From Patescibacteria group bacterium (lineage in GTDB: Bacteria > Patescibacteriota > Patescibacteriia > Buchananbacterales > UBA6539), in contig JBAZSB010000001.1 in assembly GCA_041662625.1 (NCBI GenBank), positions 855,710-919,709 on the forward strand: DNA of 64,000 nucleotides. Reading direction: 5' to 3'. Numbering within the stretch: position 1 is the stretch's first letter; each line of letters begins with the position of its first letter. Shown here one piece after another: positions 37,664 through 47,522 of the stretch. Position numbers and translations under genes: made by a program. A model generated the notes under the pieces. That model worked only from the letters and a program-made list of their open reading frames with translations. It did no database searches and was not told the DNA's origin.

Positions 37664-38818
37664 TTATTGTTTGATCGGCATGATGATATAAAGATAATCA
37701 CTACCTTTACCTGCTGGTTTTAGAACACAAGGACTGCTGCTATCAATCACACTAACTTCCACTTGTTCAGTACTAATATTTTGTAGCCCATCTAAAAGAT
37801 AACGATAATTAATAACGATGCTGTTATTGTCACCAGACAGTTCCCCACCCAGCCGAGAAATATTTTCTCCCAGTTGATTATTGGCTGAAGAAATAGTGAC
37901 TTCTTTTTTTTCTGGATTAACTTCTAAACTAACATCATAAATTCCGCTGCGGGTAAAAAGACTGGTGGTTTTGGTGGCGGCAATAAATTCCGAAACACTT
38001 AAAGTCGCTTTGGTGTTAGATTGCTGGGGAATAATTTGTTGGTAATCGGGATACTGGCCTTCCACCAAGCGAGAAATTAATTCGATATTTCCTAAAATAA
38101 ATAAAATTTGATTTTCCGCCAGATAAATTTCCACTTCTTCAATTTCGGAAATTGCCGCCGGGTCTTTAAAACTCCCTAAAATCCGCTGGAGTTCCTGCAA
38201 GGTCCGGGTGGGGACAATTACTCTTTGGGGAATACTGCTTGATTTTTTGGCTAAACTGACTGATTTTTCCGCTAACCGATAACTATCGGTAGCCGCTAAA
38301 ACTAAAGAATTACCCACAAAATTAAACAAGACCCCGTTAATTTCCGGCCGGGTTTCACTGATTGAAACGGCAAAAATTACCTGGTTAATTGCCTGGCGTA
38401 ATTTTTGGCTGGATAAAACATAGGGATTTTTTTTGTTGATCTGGGGAATTAAAGGAAAATCAGTGGCGGGCTGACCTTTAATTTTAGTTGAATTATTCTT
38501 GCAGCGAAGACTCAAACTTTGGTCCTGTCCTTCTTTGATTTCTTTTGCCACCACCAAATCAACTCGTTCTTTGGGCAGGAGCCCAACATAATCAGCTAAA
38601 AGTCGGGAGTGGATGGTAAAATCACCTTCTTCTTCCACCTTCCCCCGAATAATACAACTAACGCCAATTTCTAAATTTGTTGCCGAAAGTTTAATAGTAT
38701 TTTCTTGGGCTTGAATTAAAACGTTGTTTAAAATTGGCAAGGCCGTATTTTTTGAAGCGATATGGCTGACAACAAACAAGCCTTGATTTAAGTTTTCTTG
38801 GGTGCAGGATATTTTCAT
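37664..38818 (-). CDS. dnaN: DNA polymerase III beta clamp
   Basis: ATNLE, ATDSYRLA, GQYPDY, IMPI; downstream of dnaA. Confidence 0.97.
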   Translation of the reverse strand: MKISCTQENLNQGLFVVSHIASKNTALPILNNVLIQAQENTIKLSATNLEIGVSCIIRGKVEEEGDFTIHSRLLADYVGLLPKERVDLVVAKEIKEGQDQSLSLRCKNNSTKIKGQPATDFPLIPQINKKNPYVLSSQKLRQAINQVIFAVSISETRPEINGVLFNFVGNSLVLAATDSYRLAEKSVSLAKKSSSIPQRVIVPTRTLQELQRILGSFKDPAAISEIEEVEIYLAENQILFILGNIELISRLVEGQYPDYQQIIPQQSNTKATLSVSEFIAATKTTSLFTRSGIYDVSLEVNPEKKEVTISSANNQLGENISRLGGELSGDNNSIVINYRYLLDGLQNISTEQVEVSVIDSSSPCVLKPAGKGSDYLYIIMPIKQ

Positions 38819-38821
38819 AAC

Positions 38822-39099
38822 TTTTAGTTTATATATTTATTAATAATATTAATAAGGGGGGTGGATAAGTGGGAAAGATTAAAATTTATTTTAATTTAGT
38901 AATTTTATTAAGGTCAAATTTTTCAAAAGTTGGGGAAAGACTTGTGAATAAGGTTGTGGTAACTTCCACCCTTATTTTCAGTTGATTTTTTTCCACCACT
39001 ACCCTTAAGTTTGTCCGGTGGGTTTTCCTAAAAGTTACCCCCACTAGCCTAAAAATTATCAACAGCTTTCAGATCCTAAAATAGCTTTTATACCCTTGA
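38822..39099. promoter_or_regulatory. Replication origin oriC (dnaA-dnaN interval)
   Basis: DnaA-box-like 9-mers at 38860 (ggtggataa), 38943 (tgtgaataa) and 39056 (ttatcaaca); AT-rich unwinding element at 38822-38855. Confidence 0.8.
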
Positions 39100-40464
39100 T
39101 TAGATATAAAGTTTTTCTCTAATCAGTTTGATATCCTGATTAATTTTTTCATCCTCGTCGATTGCTGTAGTGATCTTAAAGTGGGCATGCATGGCAGTGG
39201 TGTGATCGCGGTTACCAATTTCTTGGCCAATGGCTGGATAAGAGCTTCTTAATTCCTCGCGCATCAAATACATCACAATCTGTCGGGGTAAAGCCAGATT
39301 TTTTTTGCGGCAGGCACCCAACAAATCTTCTAGTTTGATATCATAAAATTCCGCCACTAAATTGATAATTTGTTTAGGGGTGACTGATTTTCTGCGTTGG
39401 CCTGAGCTAATGGAAGTTAAAACCTTTTTTATGTTGTCTAAAACCGGTTCAGTTCCATTCAACTGATGGTAAGCAATGATTCTATTCAAAGCCCCTTCCA
39501 ATTCTCTAATGTTATTTTGAATATTAGCGGCGATATAGGTAATAATTTCATCATTAAGCTGATAATTTTTCTCTTTACATTTAGTCTTTAAAATTGCGGC
39601 CCGGGTTTCCAGGTCAGGAGCCGAGATATCAGCAATCATTCCCCATTCAAAGCGAGAGACCAAGCGGCTTTCCAGGGCCGGGATGGCCTTCGGTGGCCGA
39701 TCGGAAGTGATTACCACTTGTTTATTGGCTTGGTGTAAGTCATTGAAAGTATAGAAAAAGGCTTCCTGGGTTCCTTCTTTACCAGCCAAGAACTGGATAT
39801 CGTCCACTAATAAAACATCAACCGAGCGATAAATATTTTTAAAATGATCAGCTCGGTTACTGGAAATTGATTTAATAAAATCATTGGTAAATTTTTCGCA
39901 AGAAACGTAAAGGACTTTCTTTTGGGGGTTGGTCTGAAGAATTTGATTGCCGATTGCTTGGATTAAATGAGTTTTACCTAAACCAACGCCGCCGTAGATA
40001 AATAAAGGATTATAGACCTGCCCTGGTTTTTGGGCCACCGCCATACTGGCCGCTTGAGCTAATTCATTACCTTTACCAATGACGAAATTATTGAAAGTAT
40101 AACGGGGGTTAAGGCCGAATTCATTAAGGGCTGGTGCTTCTGTCCCTACCGTAAGCATTACTTTAGCGGTTTTTTCCTGGATTTTTTTCTCAGTTTGTTC
40201 CTCTTCAGCTTTAAATTTCGTTTCCACTTGGTAAATAATGATTTTTATTCGATTATTGGTAATTTTTTGTAAAGCCCGAAGAATAGCAGAGTGGTACTTC
40301 TTTTCTAGCCAAGCCTTGGTAAAGGTATTAGGTACGCCAATAGTAATAGTTTCTTCTTGATAAGAAGAAATAAAGGTATTTTTGAACCAAGTAGTAAAAT
40401 TTGCTCGGCTAAGAGTCAATTCCAGTTCACCCAGAGTCGCTTGCCAAATTTTTTGCTCCTCCAT
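39100..40464 (-). CDS. dnaA: Chromosomal replication initiator DnaA
   Basis: YNPLFIYGGVGLGKTHL, LLVDDIQF, NIRELEGAL, RDHTT. Confidence 0.98.
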   Translation of the reverse strand: MEEQKIWQATLGELELTLSRANFTTWFKNTFISSYQEETITIGVPNTFTKAWLEKKYHSAILRALQKITNNRIKIIIYQVETKFKAEEEQTEKKIQEKTAKVMLTVGTEAPALNEFGLNPRYTFNNFVIGKGNELAQAASMAVAQKPGQVYNPLFIYGGVGLGKTHLIQAIGNQILQTNPQKKVLYVSCEKFTNDFIKSISSNRADHFKNIYRSVDVLLVDDIQFLAGKEGTQEAFFYTFNDLHQANKQVVITSDRPPKAIPALESRLVSRFEWGMIADISAPDLETRAAILKTKCKEKNYQLNDEIITYIAANIQNNIRELEGALNRIIAYHQLNGTEPVLDNIKKVLTSISSGQRRKSVTPKQIINLVAEFYDIKLEDLLGACRKKNLALPRQIVMYLMREELRSSYPAIGQEIGNRDHTTAMHAHFKITTAIDEDEKINQDIKLIREKLYI

Positions 40465-40788
40465 TTTTTTGGTTTTTTAATTTCTTAAATTATAATCAAA
40501 GTTTTTACTTGGGGTTTTTGGTGACCATCACATTATAGCATAAACTATTTATCCCCAACACTAGCTTTGTCTAATGATAATGTTAATAAGCTGTTGATGG
40601 AATGTGTATAATAATTTAACCCTTTTAAAGATTTTGGTCAATCCCCTACCCCTAGATTATTTTTGATTTATTTCAGCTATTCCCTTTGACGTTTAAAGGA
40701 AATTCTGATATTATAAATGGGTCAATCCCAAAATAATTCAGTAAAATGGGAAATATAATAATTAAAAAAGGGTAATTTTTAACGAGAT

Positions 40789-40926
40789 ATGCCAAAAAGA
40801 ACTTATCAACCCAAGAAACGTCGGGCTAAAAGGAAACATGGTTTCCGGAAAAGAGCTGCCAGTGCCAGCGGGCGTAAGGTTTTGAAGCGTCGGAGAGACA
40901 AAAAGAGAAAAAAGTTGTCTCTTTAA
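40789..40926 (+). CDS. rpmH: 50S ribosomal protein L34 (absent from ORF track)
   Basis: [22 protein letters not shown]...GRKVLKRRR; divergent from dnaA. Confidence 0.97.
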   Translation: MPKRTYQPKKRRAKRKHGFRKRAASASGRKVLKRRRDKKRKKLSL

Positions 40927-40932
40927 AGGTAC

Positions 40933-40993
40933 CCCGTTAGAAATTTAAGAAAATAACGGGATAACTTTAAATATTGCCGGTGTTTCTAACGGG
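40933..40993. mobile_element. Short MITE-like element
   Basis: 11-bp inverted repeats cccgttagaaa / tttctaacggg between rpmH and rnpA. Confidence 0.55.
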
Positions 40994-40998
40994 ATTAT

Positions 40999-41340
40999 AT
41001 GTTAGCCTTTAGAAGTCGTTTAACTAAAGAGAAAGATTTTAAAAAGATTAATAGGCTCGGCCGGCCTTTTTTTTCTCCGGGTTTCAGGGTGAAATTTTTG
41101 GCTAATAATTTAAAGTCAAGCCGTTTTGCCATCGTGATTTCGACCAAAGTGAGCAAAAAAGCCACCCAGCGCAATCGAACTCGGCGCCAACTCCAGGAGA
41201 TTATCCGGTTGAATCAGACCAAAGTTAAACCAGGTTATGATATTGTCATTTCTGTTCAGCCCCAGGTCTTGGGTAAAAGTTATCAGGAATTAGAGGCAAA
41301 AATTTTTGCCGCATTAAACAAAAGTAAACTTTTACAATGA
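40999..41340 (+). CDS. rnpA: Ribonuclease P protein component
   Basis: RL...[16 protein letters not shown] (RNR motif); synteny. Confidence 0.95.
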   Translation: MLAFRSRLTKEKDFKKINRLGRPFFSPGFRVKFLANNLKSSRFAIVISTKVSKKATQRNRTRRQLQEIIRLNQTKVKPGYDIVISVQPQVLGKSYQELEAKIFAALNKSKLLQ

Positions 41341-41591
41341 CTTTTTTTTCGGCTCAAATTAGATTTTTTGTTTTACAACTGATTAGAATTTACCAGAAAA
41401 CCCTATCTTTTGATCATGGGATTTTCCGTCACCTTTTCCCGAATGGTTTTTGTCGGTTTCACCCAACTTGCTCTGAATATGGTTATCAGGCAATTGAAAA
41501 ATACGGGGTAATTAAAGGTGGCAGGATGGCGCTTTGGCGGGTAATACGTTGTAACCCCTGGAATAAAGGTGGGTACGATCCGTTACGATAA
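41337..41591 (+). CDS. yidD: Membrane protein insertion efficiency factor
   Basis: [10 protein letters not shown]...RCNPW.GGYDP. Confidence 0.95.
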   Translation: MTFFSAQIRFFVLQLIRIYQKTLSFDHGIFRHLFPNGFCRFHPTCSEYGYQAIEKYGVIKGGRMALWRVIRCNPWNKGGYDPLR

Positions 41592-41659
41592 CGAATAAGA
41601 AATTAAAAAATTAAAAAAATAAGGCATTTTCTTAACTTCTTAATTTTTTATTAATTACA

Positions 41660-42391
41660 ATGGCACAATTTTTCACCACAATTTTGTATCAACCCCTGCT
41701 TAATCTTTTGGTCTTTTTGTATAATATTATCCCGGGGCATGATTTGGGGTTAGCAATTATTCTTTTGACGGTTTTAATCAAACTTGTTTTATATCCCTTC
41801 GCCCGTCAGTCAATCAAGTCACAGAAAGCTTTACAAGATTTACAACCTAAAGTCGAAGCCTTAAAAAAACAATACAAAGACGACAAGGAAAAAATGGCTA
41901 AAGAGATGATGGTGCTTTATAAGGCAGAAAAAGTTAATCCCCTTTCTTCTTGCCTACCTTTGTTAATCCAGCTGCCATTTTTAATTGCAGTTTATCAAGT
42001 GTTTCGGACTGGTTTAGATTCCAGCAGCTTAAGTCTGCTTTATCCTTTTGTTCAAAACCCCGGTCAGCTTAATGCCATTTCTTTTGGTTTTCTTGATTTA
42101 GCCAAAGTAAACTTAGTTTTAGCCGGTCTAACCGGTTTGGCTCAGTTTTGGCAAACCAAAATGCTGATGGCCAAAAAGCAGCCGAAGATTGAAGGAGCCA
42201 AAGATGAAAATATGATGGCGATGATGAATAAGCAAATGCTTTATTTTATGCCGGTTTTCACCGTCATTATTGGAGCGAGTTTGCCCGCCGGGCTGGTGTT
42301 ATATTGGTTAGTAATGACGGTTCTCACCGCCTTGCAACAACTGCTAATGTTTAGACATAATAAAAAACAAGAGGCCGAAGCCAAACCATGA
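41660..42391 (+). CDS. yidC: Membrane protein insertase YidC (short form)
   Basis: LQPK, NPLSSCLPLLIQLP, PAGLVLYW. Confidence 0.95.
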   Translation: MAQFFTTILYQPLLNLLVFLYNIIPGHDLGLAIILLTVLIKLVLYPFARQSIKSQKALQDLQPKVEALKKQYKDDKEKMAKEMMVLYKAEKVNPLSSCLPLLIQLPFLIAVYQVFRTGLDSSSLSLLYPFVQNPGQLNAISFGFLDLAKVNLVLAGLTGLAQFWQTKMLMAKKQPKIEGAKDENMMAMMNKQMLYFMPVFTVIIGASLPAGLVLYWLVMTVLTALQQLLMFRHNKKQEAEAKP

Positions 42392-42663
42392 TTATTTTAA
42401 GCAGCGATTTAACGAATCTGCCGGTCTATACTCAAGGTGGCCAGTACTTGGGCCGGATTGATTCTTTTGAAGTTGATATCGATACTAATACTATTACCTG
42501 TTATCACATCCGGACTGGTTTAATTAAAGGTTTATGGCACCAGCAATTAATGATTAATCAAAACCAAGTTATTTCTATCAGCAAAGAAAAGATGATTGTT
42601 GAAGATAATGTTAGTCGCCAGCCAATTGGTGAAGTGGAATTAGCCACTCCAATAGCGAAGTAA
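42388..42663 (+). CDS. PRC-barrel domain protein
   Basis: LTNLPVYTQGGQYLGRIDSFEVD. Confidence 0.8.
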   Translation: MIILSSDLTNLPVYTQGGQYLGRIDSFEVDIDTNTITCYHIRTGLIKGLWHQQLMINQNQVISISKEKMIVEDNVSRQPIGEVELATPIAK

Positions 42664-42748
42664 AAAAGATTAGATTTATTAAATTAGCCCGCCGAAGCGG
42701 GCCTAGATAATGTCAGCCCAGGGTTTTTGCCCTGGGTATTTTTTAGTT

Positions 42749-43513
42749 TTAAAACCAGCGAGTCTTGCCAACAATTAATTTCAGTTTACCCGGAACAATT
42801 TCAATCCGCACCGGCGTTTTGAGAACATGATGGCCATCGGTGGTGATTGGAATTGATTCTTTGCTTTTGATAAAAATCTTTTTAATGGGAATAACGCTAT
42901 TTTTTATCAGATCAGTTTTTTTAAACATTGACCAAAAGCCAGTTGCTAGCGGCTGGATGAGAATTTCCAAAAAACCATCTTTGGGGTTGAAATAATTTAC
43001 TTGCCCCCACCCGGCGGCAAAAAGTGGCCGCAAGTTACAAATACTGATTTGATCTTTAAGTTGGGGTGTCACTTGGTATTTATTTTCGCATTCAATTGTT
43101 ACCGGGCCATTGGCTATTTTAATATTGGACAGAAAGTAAGTGTTATTGGCCCGGCCCAAGTCAATTTTTTCAATGATTCTGGCGGCCAAAATATTGCAGG
43201 CTTCTTCAGGCGTGGTAATACCAAGAATTTGGGCAATTTTGTTGTCTGGGCCAATTGGGATCAGCGCTAAAGTTGCATCAAGTTTAGCGGCAATATTAAT
43301 TACTTGGCCTAAAGTTTTATCATTGCCGACAACAACTATAGTTTTGGCCCCACTTTTGGTTTCATCAGTGAGGAGCTCATTGAGATTTCTTAACGGGGAA
43401 AGACGAAAGATTTTTCCGCCGATACCTAAATCAGTTAGCCGCGTTTCAATTTTAGCTAACAAATTACTGTATTTTTTGTTATTTAAAAACGAGTCGTAAA
43501 GGTAAAGATACAT
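42749..43513 (-). CDS. Diacylglycerol-kinase-family protein (degenerate)
   Basis: VVVGNDKT, LALIPIG..N, IDLG, TDG; ATG 43513. Confidence 0.75.
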   Translation of the reverse strand: MYLYLYDSFLNNKKYSNLLAKIETRLTDLGIGGKIFRLSPLRNLNELLTDETKSGAKTIVVVGNDKTLGQVINIAAKLDATLALIPIGPDNKIAQILGITTPEEACNILAARIIEKIDLGRANNTYFLSNIKIANGPVTIECENKYQVTPQLKDQISICNLRPLFAAGWGQVNYFNPKDGFLEILIQPLATGFWSMFKKTDLIKNSVIPIKKIFIKSKESIPITTDGHHVLKTPVRIEIVPGKLKLIVGKTRWF

Positions 43514-43525
43514 AAAAACCAAAAG

Positions 43526-43978
43526 CTATTTTACTTTTTCAACAATCGAATCACTCTCCGACTTAGTATTTAGCGCTAGTTTATTTTTTTGTTTTTCTAT
43601 CTTTTCAAAATCTTCAATTTTTTCTAGTTTGGCTTTTCTCTCTTCACCGACGCTACATTTACCCTGGAGGCAGGCACCGGCGGCCATCGTTAAAATTTGA
43701 GTTTTGACATCGCCGAAAATTTTAGCGGTGTTGGTCAATTCCAGATTTTCTTTAATTTTAATATTACCTTGGACTTCGCCGGCAATCAAAGCATTAGCGG
43801 CTGAGATTTGGGCAAAGACTTTTGCTCCGCCGCCAACGCGAAGATTTTTTTCCGTTCTGATACTGCCCGAGACCGTCCCTTCGATAACAATATCACCATT
43901 GGCAACAAAATTTCCTTCGACTTGGACAGAAGGACCAATTACAGTTTCAATTTCGTCGCCACCTTCTTTTTTAAACAT
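43526..43978 (-). CDS. Bactofilin (polymer-forming cytoskeletal protein)
   Basis: ETVIGPSVQVEGNF...IEG.V.G beta-helix repeats. Confidence 0.9.
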   Translation of the reverse strand: MFKKEGGDEIETVIGPSVQVEGNFVANGDIVIEGTVSGSIRTEKNLRVGGGAKVFAQISAANALIAGEVQGNIKIKENLELTNTAKIFGDVKTQILTMAAGACLQGKCSVGEERKAKLEKIEDFEKIEKQKNKLALNTKSESDSIVEKVK

Positions 43979-44048
43979 AGGATTAAAGTTATTTATTAGG
44001 TATTACCTCTTTATTTTAGGGGGTTTTAGGGAGAGTGTCAATCTGGTA

Positions 44049-44192
44049 AAAATCGCAAATTACAAATCTCAAATTCCAAACAAATTCAAAATCTCAAATT
44101 CAAAATTCAAAACGTTAATTCCAAGAAGTTTGTAATTTTAGATTTTGAATATTGTAATTTGTTTGATATTTGTAATTTGGAATTTGGTGCTT
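44049..44192. repeat. Periodic 7-mer repeat palindrome
   Basis: (caaattN) units followed by (aatttg) units; long imperfect hairpin. Confidence 0.75.
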
Positions 44193-44268
44193 ATACTTTA
44201 ATTCCCTCTTGCCTTTTTAAATCACTCATGCTATCCTTATTTTTGTTACTTAATTAATTCAAATTACT

Positions 44269-44538
44269 ATGCCCATAAAAAAATCAGCTTTTAAAGCACT
44301 GCGACAAGGTAAAAAACGAGCCGAGCAGAATAAGAAAGTTAAAAGTGACCTGGTTGCTTTGATTAGAAAAGTGAGGAAATCTGTAGAAAAAAAAGATGAA
44401 GCTAAAGCGGTTGAATGGCTGAAGCAGGCAATCAAAAAAATTGATAAAGCCGCTCAAAAAGGAATAGTTAAAAAAAATACCGCGGCCCGGAAAAAGTCGC
44501 GACTAGCTAAAGCCGTGGGAATGCTGAAGAAAAAATAA
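44269..44538 (+). CDS. rpsT: 30S ribosomal protein S20
   Basis: MPIKKSA.K...IDKAAQKG..KKNTAARKKSRL. Confidence 0.97.
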   Translation: MPIKKSAFKALRQGKKRAEQNKKVKSDLVALIRKVRKSVEKKDEAKAVEWLKQAIKKIDKAAQKGIVKKNTAARKKSRLAKAVGMLKKK

Positions 44539-44575
44539 AACGATAAAAACATCGAGGTGCTCTGCTAGGACACCT

Positions 44576-45562
44576 CTATGTTTTTATCACCAGCAAGTCA
44601 AATAAGACCTCAGGATCAATTTGGCTTGTTTTTATTTTATAGTCAATTGTAATCAGATTTTGGTAGATTTTTTTTAAAGTGGGTAATTGATGAAAGTGGG
44701 CCTGAGCCATGGTTTTTTTAATCACAAACGGATGAAGACCCAAGGTATAGGTTAGGCGGGAAGAAGAATAGCCGCTGCCATGGCTTTCCATAAAGCTTTT
44801 GACTAGCAGCAGATTTTTGAATTGCCAGGTGATTTTGGTTAAAAGTTCAGTTGGGCTGGTGCCACCCCGCAGCTGATCGGAGATTAATTTTAACGCCAAT
44901 TTTTTGTTTTTTTGGCCCAAAGCATCGGTGAGTTTAAAAATATCAGCCTCTAATTTATTTTTAACCAGTTCATTAACGTCCGCTACTGTAATCAGTTGAT
45001 TGGGGCGAAAAGCCAAAAGCTTATCAATTTCTGAATTCAGCTGCCATAAGTCATTGCCGGTTAGATCAGCCAAAAGATTTAAGGCAGAGGGTTCAATTTT
45101 ACCGCCCCGCTTTTTAATTTGTTCACTGGCAAAGCGGCAGACTTCTTGTTCAGTCAAAAGATCAAATTCCTGGGCATATTTTTCTTTTTTCAGCCGGCTG
45201 AAAAGCAGGTTGCTGCGTTTTTGGGAAATTTTGGAGCGTGATTTGCCCCCGTCCAGCCCGCTTTCCCAAAAAACAATAATTGTATCTTTTAAACCATTTT
45301 TGTCCAAAGCCTCAAGAATTTCTTTTTGAATTTTTTGGCCTTTGTTTTTGGAAATTAAGTCTTCAATAATTACCAGTCGTTTTTTGGCCAAAAAAGGAGG
45401 GGTCGAAACAGCCTTTTCAAACTCTGGCGTTTCTAGAGTATCCCCTTTTAAAATCTCAATATTCAAACTCGACTTATCAAGTTCTTTGACAAATTTTTCT
45501 TTAATCTCCTTAAGTTTTTGCCTAGAGCGGAAAGTGTCTGGGCCCCAAAGGAAGAAAATCAT
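44576..45562 (-). CDS. holA: DNA polymerase III delta subunit
   Basis: MIFFLWGPD, PFLAKKRLVII, EIDKL, IFKLTDA, LHPFV, DYKIKT; next to rpsT. Confidence 0.92.
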   Translation of the reverse strand: MIFFLWGPDTFRSRQKLKEIKEKFVKELDKSSLNIEILKGDTLETPEFEKAVSTPPFLAKKRLVIIEDLISKNKGQKIQKEILEALDKNGLKDTIIVFWESGLDGGKSRSKISQKRSNLLFSRLKKEKYAQEFDLLTEQEVCRFASEQIKKRGGKIEPSALNLLADLTGNDLWQLNSEIDKLLAFRPNQLITVADVNELVKNKLEADIFKLTDALGQKNKKLALKLISDQLRGGTSPTELLTKITWQFKNLLLVKSFMESHGSGYSSSRLTYTLGLHPFVIKKTMAQAHFHQLPTLKKIYQNLITIDYKIKTSQIDPEVLFDLLVIKT

Positions 45563-45648
45563 GTAGAGTAGTTGGTAAGTTTATAAGTTGGTAAGTTGAA
45601 AAGTTGGCGTAGTTATTTTAACAAAGATTAAGTTTTTTAGAAAGGAAA

Positions 45649-45679
45649 GAGCGCCTCGGCTGGGGAAGTCGAGGCGCTC
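45649..45679 (-). terminator. Intrinsic terminator of the GC-rich 523-aa gene
   Basis: gagcgcctcggct / agtcgaggcgctc stem followed by a T-rich tract on the minus strand. Confidence 0.7.
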
Positions 45680-45702
45680 GGTTTCGATGTTGATGTCAGA
45701 GG

Positions 45703-47274
45703 TTACCGTCTGGCTTTGTGGGCAGAGGCAATCTCTTCCATACGGGCTCGCAGGGAGCCAGCATCCCGGGCCGGAGCGGCCTGGGAGCGTTCATTGTGGT
45801 GGGAGCGGCCGTTGCCGCCTTTGTGGTCCTGCCGTTGGGGGCGAGTCCGGGGGCGGTCGTCGTGATGCTGGTCGCGGCGTTGGCTGATTTTCACCTGGCG
45901 GCGAACAGCGCAGCAGCGGGGCAGACCCAGCCAGTACATCGGGCAGGTACCACCCGACTGGTCTGGCAGGCGGCACATCCTGCCAGTGGCGCACTGCTCT
46001 TGGCCCCGATGCCACTTGGTCTCATCCAAGGCCAAGGTGATTGCCGCCACGATCTCCTGGGTCGTCAGCAGGGTGGGCTCCACCTCTGGGTGGCTCAGGG
46101 AGCCATTCAGGAGGTTGATGCCGATTGTGATAACGATTGGACCCTTGCCGCGGCGGACCGTGATTTCCTTCTTGGGGTAATGCCAGGCCGGGGCGTCATC
46201 GATCGTGCCTTCGGCAGAGAGGTCTTGCCAGTCTTGGAAGGTGGCCTGCGTCATCTTGCCGGTCCTGATGCGGGCTGCAATCTCGTAGTAGCGGATGGCC
46301 CGGACTACGCTATCGAAGTCGATGTGGCGGTTCCGGCGGTAGAAGATCTGGGTCTGACCGCCTTGCCACCGCATTACCACGATATCGGCCTCGTCGCCAT
46401 ATTTGCTCATGGCCGCACTCGGCATCTGGGCTGCCAACTGCGCCAAAGGCGAGAGCTGATCGCCACGAGGCATGGGTTCGGGCAGCTCGATCACGACGAG
46501 CCGGTACATCAGTCGAACCCACTGGTCTTCACCCTTGGTACGCTTCTTGACCATTGGGCCGGGGATCTCGGCGACTTTGCTGGCCAACTCGCGGTACTTG
46601 CTGACCACTTGGGTCATGAAAGACTCTCGTTGACCGAGATGGGTTGTCAGTAGGAACCGGCCGATTCTGATCGCGGCCAGGGATCCGAACTGACGACCCG
46701 TGCCTTTGCCCATGGCACTCGGTCCAAGCGGATTGCGGTCGCCATTCCGGTCTTCCCACTGGATGTACCCCAGCATGCGGGTGAATACCGGGTCATCCTT
46801 GATACCAAGGATTCCCGCCATCAGACTGGTGGCGCACTCGTGGCGAAATCCGCTCTGGTGTTCGTCCACCGGTCCCTTGGCGATTCCGATCGGCAAAGTG
46901 CCTTCGTGGAGGTGGGCTTCGATGGGCCGACTGTCCGGGGTTTCTTGCGCCGTACCCCAGAATTGAATCAGGTCTGGATCCTTCCTGCCTTTTGTCTTCC
47001 CGCCATCATCAAGGGCCATTTTGATCAGCTTTTCGATGCCCGGGAATACCACCTCTCCCCGATGCTCAAGGAGCACAAGGGCTCCAACTTCGTCAAGGTG
47101 AGGAAAGTGGTGGGTGGCAAGCCGTTTTACCAGCTTACCTTTCCCGCTCGGGTGGGGGGGGAGGAGATCAAGCAAAGCTTGCATCCTTTTCACCTGCTCC
47201 TGATAAGCCGGTGGCTTGCCCCTCTCACTTGTTGCTGCCGGTGTTACTTTCGGTGCTGTGGTGCTTGCTACCAT
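45703..47274 (-). CDS. GC-rich DHH/MYG1-like phosphoesterase candidate
   Basis: ATHHFPHLDE, GPVDEH, ECATSL resemble MYG1/DHH motifs; SD AAGGAG; Cys-rich and disordered C-terminus. Confidence 0.55.
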   Translation of the reverse strand: MVASTTAPKVTPAATSERGKPPAYQEQVKRMQALLDLLPPHPSGKGKLVKRLATHHFPHLDEVGALVLLEHRGEVVFPGIEKLIKMALDDGGKTKGRKDPDLIQFWGTAQETPDSRPIEAHLHEGTLPIGIAKGPVDEHQSGFRHECATSLMAGILGIKDDPVFTRMLGYIQWEDRNGDRNPLGPSAMGKGTGRQFGSLAAIRIGRFLLTTHLGQRESFMTQVVSKYRELASKVAEIPGPMVKKRTKGEDQWVRLMYRLVVIELPEPMPRGDQLSPLAQLAAQMPSAAMSKYGDEADIVVMRWQGGQTQIFYRRNRHIDFDSVVRAIRYYEIAARIRTGKMTQATFQDWQDLSAEGTIDDAPAWHYPKKEITVRRGKGPIVITIGINLLNGSLSHPEVEPTLLTTQEIVAAITLALDETKWHRGQEQCATGRMCRLPDQSGGTCPMYWLGLPRCCAVRRQVKISQRRDQHHDDRPRTRPQRQDHKGGNGRSHHNERSQAAPARDAGSLRARMEEIASAHKARR

Positions 47275-47406
47275 GGTTCCGCTCCTTTGCCAGGCCTATC
47301 CTGGCCGGATCTTCTCTGAGACCCGTAATGTAGATTGAACGCAAAAAATGAGCTTACAGCCGCTCCAACATGATGGGTTGGTTCGGACTGGTCAAATAGA
47401 CTTTAA

Positions 47407-47435
47407 AGGATAGCATAATTGGGCTATTTTGTCAA
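47407..47435 (-). promoter_or_regulatory. Sigma70-type promoter
   Basis: TTGACA-17 bp-TATCCT with TG extension on the minus strand. Confidence 0.7.
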
Positions 47436-47522
47436 GAAAAACCAAAAAATAGCCTAAATGGGCTATTCTTAAGTGGGTGGTTAATTGGTTAAGCTGGCAA
47501 AACTTGTTTTGTCCTAGGTATT

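Noticed and set aside
45718-47319. Long + strand ORFs (311 aa, 159 aa)
   Set aside because: Antisense shadows of the GC-rich 523-aa gene, which has the promoter, SD and terminator.
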